The notes beneath the pieces are model-generated. The model saw only the letters and a list, made by a program, of their open reading frames with translations. It was not told the origin of the DNA and did no database searches. Position numbers and translations under genes: made by a program. This document shows positions 43,394 to 52,064 of a stretch of DNA of 64,000 nt, in pieces (position 1 is the stretch's first letter; each line of letters begins with the position of its first letter). Source of the DNA: an uncultured Candidatus Poseidoniales archaeon (GTDB lineage Archaea; Thermoplasmatota; Poseidoniia; Poseidoniales; Poseidoniaceae); assembly GCA_964014545.1 (NCBI GenBank), contig CAXGZX010000001.1:9279-73278 (forward strand), read 5' to 3'.

Positions 43394-45708
43394 GATACTA
43401 ACCTTCTATTTTGAAAGAATATTACCGCTAGTGTAATGGTAGAAAGGATGCCAAACAATGGTAGGAAAGGTAAGAAGTTGTCATTATTACTTTCTTCAGG
43501 GTCATAATTCACATATGAAGAATTTGACAGTTCAGAATATTTCCCATCGGTAATTCCTGCTTGGATTCTGAATCTGTTTTGACCTTCATCTAAATCATCG
43601 AACATGTACGATGTAGCACTGCCGTTATACACCTCAGTCATCGAACCATCTGACCCTGAATGCAGCACTGAATACCAGTCTACATTATCTATCGACGTCC
43701 AACTAACTAACAATTCATTATCATCAGTTACATTTTGTGTGTAAGGCATAGTCAGTATCGGGAGTTGTATAATGTATTCAACCTCTATAGTTATGATTTC
43801 ACTTAATAATTCAGCTCCAGATGGCAATACTACCTTCACTTGGTATTGATATATTCCATCATCTTTATTCATCAATTCTAAACTCGATTCATTTCCTTGA
43901 TAAACTTCAATGCCGTTTTCTAACAGTGTATAAGACACTGCTCTGCCAAATTCGCCCCATTCTAACTGAACATTTTGAAAATTAATAATGCTTGACTGGG
44001 TAACAAATTGTGGGATAGTAGGTACGCCTGAATGATTGATTAGATGATAGGTGACTGCTTCTGAGTGTGAACCTGGCAGTCTATCAATAATTTTTACCCA
44101 GTTTCTAACAGTCTCATTATACCATAACTCCCATGAATCAATATTATCATTCAAATCTGTGATTTTAAAGTATGTTGTTAGATAACTACCACTTGGAGTA
44201 TTAACTGTTACATTTTCTGTCACTTCAATGATATTATTCGTGTCATCATATCCATTAGGGTGTCCAGGGACACCAATGATATTTGTACGATTAAAATGAG
44301 CATTAACAGGATTACCGGAGAATAGATTTGTCCCCAGTCCATTTTCGGTAGTGAAATTCCAACCCATACTGCCTGCAACGAAGTACTCTAAGGTTTCTGA
44401 ATACGTTTTCAAGCGCAAGAGATTGACGCTATCAATCCAATAATATCTAATCCGATCTGGTGAATCATAAATATCCTCGACACGCAATAGATAACACTCT
44501 TGTTCTACGCCAAAGGTATCTTCGATAACCTCTGTACCAATGGCAGTCATGGTTAATTCATGAGTCCCGTTGGTACTTTCGGGAAGATAATCAACTGCAT
44601 ATTGCCAACTCATTCCAACATTCCAGAAACTATCTTCAGAAGGTGATAAAACCACGGCACTAATCTTTTTTATTGCCGCAATCGAGCCGTTTAAATTTAT
44701 TGCCGTCAAACTAAATTCAAATGAACCAACCTCGGATGGCGTGAAATCAAATTGAGTGCTTGATCCACGATAGATGACCTCGCTATCTAAAGAGAGTTCG
44801 AAATAATCTGTGTAATCACCTTTAGTCCACTGAATCAGTTTTGAATTATCATCATCGATTTGAATATCAAAAGAGGAAGTCAGGAATTCTGGTGCAATCG
44901 GCATTTCAGGAGTTATTTCTGAAGTAAGATTGTGCCATCCTAAGCTATCCTCTATCATGATTTGATGAGTGGCAATGATTTCAATTTCATTTTGATAAAC
45001 TGAGAGGTTTACTGTTTCACCAATGTTCAAGCCGTTTATTAGGAAAAATCCATCCGAATTTGTCCTAGACATATGTTGTCCAATTTGAACATCTACGTTG
45101 GGCATTGAATTGCCAAGCATGTCACTTAGGTAACCATACTTGCTGGTGGTTCCTTGGTTCATTACTAGGTAATTTACCATAGGTTCTCCTGCCGAACCAC
45201 CTTGTAACTTTAACATCGCTGTTTGGTTTAAGCCATTATCATAAAATGCTGTCACGTTGTAGTATTGATCCATTTCATACGGTCCAAATTCTAATAATTC
45301 TGCATGTGGTTTATTCTCTTGAATGTTTTCACCAGAAATAGAGAAAGTAGCAAGTTGATCATCGCTACTAACAGTAATCCAGTTATTGTCTACTATCCAA
45401 TCTAATTGCAAATCAGAGTTTATGATTATTTTTCGATAAGCCACATTATGCCCGTCATTCATGAAATAAGCCCGTATAATGTGCTCACCACTTGCTATGT
45501 CAGTGTATTGATAATCTCCTGCTGAATCTGTCCAGACCGAGTCATACCCAGTGATTTTAATCGAGGTAGAACCAGCAACTTCCCCGGACTGGTGGAGGAC
45601 TTTACCAGTCACAGTGAAAGTATCTTCTGGTTCTGTTGCTTGACTTATATCAATTGGTAATGTTGAAAAACAAATTAGAAAGACAATAATTGGTGCTATC
45701 TTTTTCAT
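43390..45708 (-). CDS. Large (772 aa) secreted cell-surface protein with a CarboxypepD-reg-like beta-sandwich N-terminal domain, Ig/FN3-like repeats and a C-terminal TM anchor.
   Basis: Signal MKKIAPIIVFLICFSTLPIDISQA. N-terminal TGKVLHQSGEVAGSTSIKITGYDS...GDYQYTDIASGEHIIRAY. C-terminal FLPFLPLFGILSTITLAVIFF. A 4-nt overlap couples it to the binding-protein gene. Confidence 0.6.
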   Translation of the reverse strand: MKKIAPIIVFLICFSTLPIDISQATEPEDTFTVTGKVLHQSGEVAGSTSIKITGYDSVWTDSAGDYQYTDIASGEHIIRAYFMNDGHNVAYRKIIINSDLQLDWIVDNNWITVSSDDQLATFSISGENIQENKPHAELLEFGPYEMDQYYNVTAFYDNGLNQTAMLKLQGGSAGEPMVNYLVMNQGTTSKYGYLSDMLGNSMPNVDVQIGQHMSRTNSDGFFLINGLNIGETVNLSVYQNEIEIIATHQIMIEDSLGWHNLTSEITPEMPIAPEFLTSSFDIQIDDDNSKLIQWTKGDYTDYFELSLDSEVIYRGSSTQFDFTPSEVGSFEFSLTAINLNGSIAAIKKISAVVLSPSEDSFWNVGMSWQYAVDYLPESTNGTHELTMTAIGTEVIEDTFGVEQECYLLRVEDIYDSPDRIRYYWIDSVNLLRLKTYSETLEYFVAGSMGWNFTTENGLGTNLFSGNPVNAHFNRTNIIGVPGHPNGYDDTNNIIEVTENVTVNTPSGSYLTTYFKITDLNDNIDSWELWYNETVRNWVKIIDRLPGSHSEAVTYHLINHSGVPTIPQFVTQSSIINFQNVQLEWGEFGRAVSYTLLENGIEVYQGNESSLELMNKDDGIYQYQVKVVLPSGAELLSEIITIEVEYIIQLPILTMPYTQNVTDDNELLVSWTSIDNVDWYSVLHSGSDGSMTEVYNGSATSYMFDDLDEGQNRFRIQAGITDGKYSELSNSSYVNYDPEESNNDNFLPFLPLFGILSTITLAVIFFQNRRLVS

Positions 45709-45797
45709 TTTTTCACCGTTACTACATCATAGATGCCAACGGGGTACACTCTCACACTGGGTGAATGATGAGAGCGTAGCCCCGCCAGCGATGAAGC

Positions 45798-45818
45798 TTA
45801 GTTAGTGATACTAACTAA
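45798..45818. promoter_or_regulatory. 21-bp perfect inverted repeat TTAGTTAGT-gat-ACTAACTAA, resembling a DtxR/IdeR iron box. It is a candidate metal-regulated operator for the downstream transporter operon.
   Basis: Seen directly. It lies 12 nt after the stop of the 418-aa lipoprotein gene and ~90 nt upstream of the 772-aa gene start. There is no T-tract, so it is not an obvious terminator. Confidence 0.4.
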
Positions 45819-45829
45819 TGCTAATTTGA

Positions 45830-47086
45830 TCAGGCATAGGTTCCGATATCATCGGAAGTTATACCGTAGTGGTCCCATACTGGTTGCAACCAAGCCGTGA
45901 CATCGTAAGATGTACCTAGTTGGGTAGCGTCTGTCAAATCCAAGACGTTATTCATCAAGGTAGCAGCGTAGTTGTCCTGGTAATAGTTGGATGTGTATCC
46001 ATCGCAGCCTGCTTTGTCAGTAGCATCAGTAGAAACCATGTGGTTTACTGTGTTGTAGCATGTGTCGTTTGCTCCGTTAGAATCCATTGAACCGTTTGTC
46101 CAGATGAAAGCGTCACAAGCAGATGCGTCGATTTCTCCCATCATCATTACTTTGTGACCGACAGCCATGTTGTAACATCCGTCATGCATGTGTGGCGCAG
46201 AGTATGCTTCCATAACCTTCCAGAAAGCGTATGCTTCTGCTTGGTATTTCTCTCCACTGTCTGCGTTATCCATCTTTGATGTGTACTTCAGTACAGCTTG
46301 TGAGTATGCTGTGATAACGTTCTTGACAACGGTGTTTGCTGCACTGGTGTATCCAGCAGAATCTTCTGCTTGAAGAGCAGTTAGACCAGCAACCATTGCA
46401 TCTTCAATAGCAATGAAGGTGTTGGAAACGCCGTCGGTTTCAGTTCCAAAGTCAGCGCCTCTCTTGTTTAGAGTAGCGACTGGACCACATGAATTGTCTT
46501 CATCAGGTCCGTGGAAGAATGCCCAGCCTTCGTCCCAGTTGTGTGGTGCTCCAGAATCGTCATCAACATTGCCTGCATCAGCCTTAGCAATTGCCGCATT
46601 TAGTTCGTGAATTGTGTATCCAACCATTCCCATGTTAGCGGTTAGTTTTGCGACACCTTGGTATCTTACTGTGTCACTGGTACCTTCGAAGTCACCTGTT
46701 CCATCTAGCGCTGCCATAATGTGAGCACCGATTGATCCAGTTTGGTTGTAGTAGGTATCGTAGTTGTGGTTCTTTCCTTCAGCTGCAGCGAATCCTGCAA
46801 GAGTTCTAAAGGAATCATCACTCTTTTGTGCATTCTTACCATTGGTGTAAATGTCTTTTGCAGTTGTCCAGTCATATGCACTGGCTGCTGTTTTTATGTC
46901 ACACAAGTCTTTCATCAGACTTCGGTGATTGTCAACATTTGAAGCATAGGTGTAGCCACCATCAGCAGCATCCATTGTGCTTGCTGTTTCATCATCTTCG
47001 TCGTCGTCTGTTCCCAAGCAGCCTGCTAATCCAGAAACTGCCATCAATGCTATCAATAATAATCCTTTTACTTTCTTGTGGTTCAT
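45830..47086 (-). CDS. Highly acidic secreted lipoprotein of unknown function (Asp/Tyr/Thr/Ala-rich, several Cys).
   Basis: Signal plus lipobox-like LAGCLG followed by TDDDEDDE. No catalytic motif recognised. Confidence 0.55.
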   Translation of the reverse strand: MNHKKVKGLLLIALMAVSGLAGCLGTDDDEDDETASTMDAADGGYTYASNVDNHRSLMKDLCDIKTAASAYDWTTAKDIYTNGKNAQKSDDSFRTLAGFAAAEGKNHNYDTYYNQTGSIGAHIMAALDGTGDFEGTSDTVRYQGVAKLTANMGMVGYTIHELNAAIAKADAGNVDDDSGAPHNWDEGWAFFHGPDEDNSCGPVATLNKRGADFGTETDGVSNTFIAIEDAMVAGLTALQAEDSAGYTSAANTVVKNVITAYSQAVLKYTSKMDNADSGEKYQAEAYAFWKVMEAYSAPHMHDGCYNMAVGHKVMMMGEIDASACDAFIWTNGSMDSNGANDTCYNTVNHMVSTDATDKAGCDGYTSNYYQDNYAATLMNNVLDLTDATQLGTSYDVTAWLQPVWDHYGITSDDIGTYA

Positions 47087-47168
47087 AATATACCCTCGGT
47101 TTTGGCCTCCCTAAAAACCACCCCTACATATAACTTAGGTTACCCTAAACTTTCAATTTATGCCGGTA

Positions 47169-48062
47169 CTAAGCGTCAATCCATTGTGCTGTTAGGCTTT
47201 CGACATACCTGTCTTGGTCAATACCAGTATGCCCAATTGGACGGACCACAACTAGGAGATCCAATTCCCCGCCCCATGTGCCTTTTGCTACACAGAATAC
47301 CTCTCCTACTTTGACACCATCGGGATTTGAACTCAAAGTCAAACTCCGTAAGTCATACAATCTAATATCCAATTCATGATTACCTGTTGCTGTTTGAAAG
47401 GTATGTTTAGCTTTATCTTCAATGGCTAATAATTTCATCTCCTCAGGGTCGATGTTGAAGACAATTTGTTCGTCTAGTAACTCAATTGCTTGATCCATTC
47501 TTGATTGCTGCATGTTGAATACATCGGCAATATTTAGCGTTGAAGAGGCAAGAGATAATTTGGAAAACTGATGCGATGTCCTGATGGTCAAGGATTGGAC
47601 AATCTCTACATTTAATCCGCCCTCATCAGGTAGCATTAGCCAAGTATATTGCTTGCCAGCAGGATAAATTGGGGCATTGGGGTTTTCTGTAAAAAGTGGC
47701 TCGCCCCATTCATCAGGCGATTTCGGTTCGGATGTTGGAACAAAGCCACCCATCAACAAAACCACCACCATAGATACTGCAGCATAAGTTCTTATTTTGC
47801 CAAATTTTTTCCATGAAGCCCGGCCTGCAGGGCTTATTGACGATAGAATTAGCACCAGAGGTATAATGACCAGAATGCCATAAGGAACAATCCACAAAAA
47901 GATTACAACGCCGATCAAAAATTCGATTCCATATTGTCCGTAAGCATTGCGATAATCTAGGTCAGAATCATCGTTTGAATATCTGTGTTTAAGATAAACA
48001 ACAGCATAGACCACAGCCACCATGGACAATGAAACTAATACTGAACCAAGCACCTTAATCAC
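47169..48062 (-). CDS. Membrane protein with three N-terminal TM helices and a C-terminal soluble domain. Function unknown.
   Basis: Hydrophobic segments VLVSLSMVAVVYAVVYL, FLIGVVIFLWIVPYGILVIIPLVLIL and AAVSMVVVLLMGGFV. Confidence 0.5.
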   Translation of the reverse strand: MIKVLGSVLVSLSMVAVVYAVVYLKHRYSNDDSDLDYRNAYGQYGIEFLIGVVIFLWIVPYGILVIIPLVLILSSISPAGRASWKKFGKIRTYAAVSMVVVLLMGGFVPTSEPKSPDEWGEPLFTENPNAPIYPAGKQYTWLMLPDEGGLNVEIVQSLTIRTSHQFSKLSLASSTLNIADVFNMQQSRMDQAIELLDEQIVFNIDPEEMKLLAIEDKAKHTFQTATGNHELDIRLYDLRSLTLSSNPDGVKVGEVFCVAKGTWGGELDLLVVVRPIGHTGIDQDRYVESLTAQWIDA

Positions 48063-48150
48063 CTAAAGGATTTGGTTTTAAGGGAAGAAGGTTTGCTTTG
48101 ATTGAGATAATATACGGTAGTTTGTCAAGCATGAACAGATTAGCGGTGTC

Positions 48151-49179
48151 ATGGCGGAAGCAGCACTCGAGTTAATCGATGTAACATTTCGCCACAAAAT
48201 TCCAGCCCCCAAATTTTTGAACCCTTGGAATAAGCGACGAGGACCCGGAGTATTCTCGTTGAATCTCACCCTACCTAAAGGCGAAATTCTCGGACTTGTT
48301 GGGCCAAATGGCGCCGGCAAGACCACCTTGCTGCGAGTATTAGCAGGAGTAATACCCTTAGACAGTGGCACGATTAGACTCAACGGCGACGACCTAAATC
48401 AAAGCCCTGAAGCGATTGATTATTTATTGCGCTGTAATGTTGGACATATGCCAGAACAAGTCAGATGGAACGGTTCTGAAAGCGTGTTGGAAACCGTAAA
48501 GTCATTTGCTGAAATGCAAGAAGGCGATGTCGACTCAAAAAAATTACTCGACTTAGTAGGTCTTTCTTCTAAATTAAATGATGGATTAGACACTCTGAGC
48601 CAAGGAATGCGTCAACGGCTTAGCCTAGCAATTTCATTAATGAGTTCACCCAAAATATTGCTTCTGGATGAGCCTTTCAATGGACTCGACCCAGTTGCAG
48701 CAAAGTCTGTTGAAAAGATGGTTAAGCAACTCGCTGAAAATGGAGTAAGTATCATTATTTCATCGCATCATGTTTCTGGCATGGCAGGTTTTGTTGACCG
48801 CCTAGCATTAATTCACAAAGGCCAAATTGTCGCTGAGGGTCAAATTTCAGAAATTGAACGTGATTTAGGGTTAAATGATAGAGTTGAAATTGGCGGAAAA
48901 GGCGAGTTACCTGAATTTGAGAAATTACTCCATAAGAACAGCAAATTGATTTCATCAAATTACACGGACAATAACTGGAAGGCTATAATTTTCCAGCCAG
49001 ACTCTAAACTAATGTCTAGAATCTTAGGTAATGAGCATACCATCGATTTTTGGCAACCAAAAGCACCAGACATCGTCGAGATGCTGTGCAATGCAACTGG
49101 CTTAGAAATAGAAGAAATTGGCATGGACATTAATCAGGTTACAATGCTTCCTTTGAAAATTAGAGGTGAGGAAGAATGA
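48151..49179 (+). CDS. ABC-2-type transporter ATP-binding protein with a ~100-aa C-terminal extension.
   Basis: Walker A LVGPNGAGKTTL, signature LSQGMRQRLSLAISL, Walker B LLLDEPFNGLD. Confidence 0.8.
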   Translation: MAEAALELIDVTFRHKIPAPKFLNPWNKRRGPGVFSLNLTLPKGEILGLVGPNGAGKTTLLRVLAGVIPLDSGTIRLNGDDLNQSPEAIDYLLRCNVGHMPEQVRWNGSESVLETVKSFAEMQEGDVDSKKLLDLVGLSSKLNDGLDTLSQGMRQRLSLAISLMSSPKILLLDEPFNGLDPVAAKSVEKMVKQLAENGVSIIISSHHVSGMAGFVDRLALIHKGQIVAEGQISEIERDLGLNDRVEIGGKGELPEFEKLLHKNSKLISSNYTDNNWKAIIFQPDSKLMSRILGNEHTIDFWQPKAPDIVEMLCNATGLEIEEIGMDINQVTMLPLKIRGEEE

Positions 49180-50009
49180 TGTTAATTCCAGCTGAAATTT
49201 ATGCCATTGCCCGGCGAATTTGTGTTGCAAAATGGAAATCTAATCGAATGATAATCATGTTACCAATCCTTATTTTGTTTATTCCCGGCATGGCATGGGG
49301 TTTTTCAGACCCGGATGTAATGCTCCCTGGAGGAATTACTCCGGATAATGTTCCTGAAGTTTTGTTTTACACTAGCCTAGGTGTAGTTTTTGCTGGCACA
49401 ATGTGTGGCGTATTACTGTCATTTGATGGCATAAGTCGAGACAGATTTAGTGGTGTTTTAGAAGTTAAACTATCTCAACCAATGCCGCGAAGTAGCCAGT
49501 CTATTGGCATCGCATTGGGCTATTGGGCTGCAATATTAATTCCAGTCTGGACTCTATGGCTAATCTCTACAATAATTGCCATGTATCGTTTGGATGCATC
49601 AATAGAAATTATTGACTTAATTATTTCCTTTACCGGTGTTGCTTTGGTTTTGCTGTGGTATGTTTTGTTTAGCTTGATTGCTTCAACATATTCCAAAGAT
49701 CAGGGTACTTCAATCGCCTTTGGCGTAGGAATGTGGTTTCTGTTTACCTTTTTGTGGGCATTAGTCACCTCTATGGTCGCTTTTGCCTCAGGAGTTGAAA
49801 TTGGCGAAGTAAATAATACTGAGATGGTTAAACTCGAAGGTTACCTCGACCTTCTTTCGCCAAATGGCGTGTTTCACCATTTATTGGAAACTACACTAGA
49901 TGACGTTGACCGTGGAGTCCCTAGGTTGATTTCTTGGTTATCTGCGTTGATTTGGACCTGTATACCTTGGTATTGGTTCAAATTCCGCCTTAACCAAATC
50001 AAACCATAA
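49176..50009 (+). CDS. ABC-2-type transporter permease.
   Basis: Six predicted TM helices. A 4-nt overlap couples it to the ATPase gene. Confidence 0.65.
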   Translation: MMLIPAEIYAIARRICVAKWKSNRMIIMLPILILFIPGMAWGFSDPDVMLPGGITPDNVPEVLFYTSLGVVFAGTMCGVLLSFDGISRDRFSGVLEVKLSQPMPRSSQSIGIALGYWAAILIPVWTLWLISTIIAMYRLDASIEIIDLIISFTGVALVLLWYVLFSLIASTYSKDQGTSIAFGVGMWFLFTFLWALVTSMVAFASGVEIGEVNNTEMVKLEGYLDLLSPNGVFHHLLETTLDDVDRGVPRLISWLSALIWTCIPWYWFKFRLNQIKP

Positions 50010-50069
50010 AGGGCTATTTGTCATTATGTAAGCCAAAGAGTATTAGACAAGCAGACCATACCGATAGGC

Positions 50070-52043
50070 ATGGCAGCAAGACGTAACTATGTTCCCGCCA
50101 CCGCGATTACCATGTTCATTCTAATGCTCTTAATGAGCATGAGTTCAGCTATCAGCAGCAATGAACTAACAGTTAACGAAACTCAAAATACTGAAGGAAG
50201 GCAAGGCAGTGATGGCCTTTCCGATGTTGACTGTTCAGGATATACCTTCGAAGATTTATTCGATTACAATTTTGCTTTATTCAACATCGATATTGAAGAG
50301 GATTGGGCTAATGCTGGGATGACAGCAACCGCTTACGTAAACGGTAGTAATTCTGCAACAGTGCGTGATAACCTAGATGAATTGTTTGATGGCGCTCCAG
50401 GCGGCAATAACGGATGGCTTAGCACTGATGAGCGTGAGGCTGTAAGAGAGATTGGCCCAATGTGTATCGAAGACATGGATACTAGGCTAGGTGTAAGAGA
50501 GGGCGTCCCCCACCGAACTGCCAGTGGCGTTGATTGGAATGACATGGAATTCGTCGAATCTGGAATCGCTCTTGATGAAGTCGATTTGATTGCCCCTAAC
50601 CACCCTGAAGAACGTCAATGCAGCAACTTTGGCGCATCAGCCGACTGTCGAGAGATTCCAACTTATGCAACTGACGATTTGCAGATAAGTATGTTTGTAA
50701 AAAGTGGTGAAGAAACAAACATGAGGTTTGATCAACTACCAAATAAAGGTGTTTCAGACTTTACCTTGGCTCTTAATGTCACTAATATGACCAATGCTGA
50801 ATTAGTCTTGACCTTCCCCGCATTACAAGGACTTAGAATTGCTAACTATTCAATGGAAGATGATGGTGTAGCATTACAAGAAGGAGTTGACTATGTTGCT
50901 CCTACTGAAGAATTCCTGCCCGATGGCAAACTAAGAATATACCAATCTGTCGATTATGAAAAATCTCTTTGGCCAATGGGTCGTAACCTATTCATTGACT
51001 TTACTACTGCTGAACCGGAGTCTAACGATTTACCACAATGGACATCTTATCATCCAAATAATAATTCAATAATTCCGTTAATGACTGGAACCGAATACCT
51101 TACTGTTGCGGCAGACGATTTAGCAGACTGGGCTACTGATTCCAACGGTTGGAACCTAGACTGCACATTTACTGATGCCGGATGGAGTGCAAGACAAGAT
51201 GAAACTGGTAACCTACTGGTTACCTCTCCATCTGGGACCGCTTCAACAGTGGCAACCTGTGGAATTGTCGACCCATTTGGCGCTGTAGCCGTGGAAACTC
51301 TTGATTTCACCTTTGGCCAACCATTTACTGCAACAGCGGACATCACCGATGGTGAAAACATCGACTTTACTGTGACCCCAACTGGATTAGTGGCTGAAAT
51401 GACTGTTAGTGCTCATGCTCATCAAGACGGAAATATGGGCTCTATGAGATCTTCAATGGCTAGTAACCAACCGGTAACTATTGCCTTACCCATGGACGGC
51501 TTAAAGCCAGGAATGGTAATGGTAATGGGTTCTGCAAGTGCCAATAATATGATGAACTTTGACTATATGTTAGACTATGGATTAGAGAAACAAAGTCTTC
51601 CACCAACTGTAACGCTTAAGATGAGTTTTGATGGAATGAATGCAACATGGGATGCAACAGGATTACAATTCACCCTAAAGGGAACGGTTTCAGACCCTGA
51701 TGGCGAGCAAGTTTCAATGTCCCTTCAATTGTGTGGGGCTGAAGCAACAGATTTCACCAAAGTTGGAATTAATTGGGAGATTGATGTTTCAATAGCTACT
51801 TGTGTACTTCAAGAAATTGCCACATATGACATAATCATCACTGCTACAGATGAATCATCGGTAGTCACTACCCTAGAAATAAATGTAGCAGACCCTAACG
51901 CTGTTGATGATTCTAATGACGGATCAACAAGCGACAGTGATAGTGGAGATGACAGTAGTGCACTACCAAGTGTATCGCTGTTAGCAACACTAAGCGTCAC
52001 TCTTCTTGGCGCTGCATTTGCTAGAAGAAAGCAGGAACTTTGA
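50070..52043 (+). CDS. Acidic secreted surface protein (657 aa) with an N-terminal signal anchor and a C-terminal TM anchor. Function unknown.
   Basis: N-terminal ITMFILMLLMSMSSAISS. C-terminal LPSVSLLATLSVTLLGAAFARRKQEL. No PGF-CTERM motif. Confidence 0.55.
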   Translation: MAARRNYVPATAITMFILMLLMSMSSAISSNELTVNETQNTEGRQGSDGLSDVDCSGYTFEDLFDYNFALFNIDIEEDWANAGMTATAYVNGSNSATVRDNLDELFDGAPGGNNGWLSTDEREAVREIGPMCIEDMDTRLGVREGVPHRTASGVDWNDMEFVESGIALDEVDLIAPNHPEERQCSNFGASADCREIPTYATDDLQISMFVKSGEETNMRFDQLPNKGVSDFTLALNVTNMTNAELVLTFPALQGLRIANYSMEDDGVALQEGVDYVAPTEEFLPDGKLRIYQSVDYEKSLWPMGRNLFIDFTTAEPESNDLPQWTSYHPNNNSIIPLMTGTEYLTVAADDLADWATDSNGWNLDCTFTDAGWSARQDETGNLLVTSPSGTASTVATCGIVDPFGAVAVETLDFTFGQPFTATADITDGENIDFTVTPTGLVAEMTVSAHAHQDGNMGSMRSSMASNQPVTIALPMDGLKPGMVMVMGSASANNMMNFDYMLDYGLEKQSLPPTVTLKMSFDGMNATWDATGLQFTLKGTVSDPDGEQVSMSLQLCGAEATDFTKVGINWEIDVSIATCVLQEIATYDIIITATDESSVVTTLEINVADPNAVDDSNDGSTSDSDSGDDSSALPSVSLLATLSVTLLGAAFARRKQEL

Positions 52044-52064
52044 TTTGACAAAGGATGTTTTATA

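Noticed and set aside
43390-52043. PGF-CTERM / archaeosortase sorting signals on the anchored surface proteins.
   Set aside because: I looked for PGF followed by a TM helix and a basic tail at the C-termini of the 322-, 772-, 657- and 2275-aa proteins. None was found. They end in plain TM anchors.
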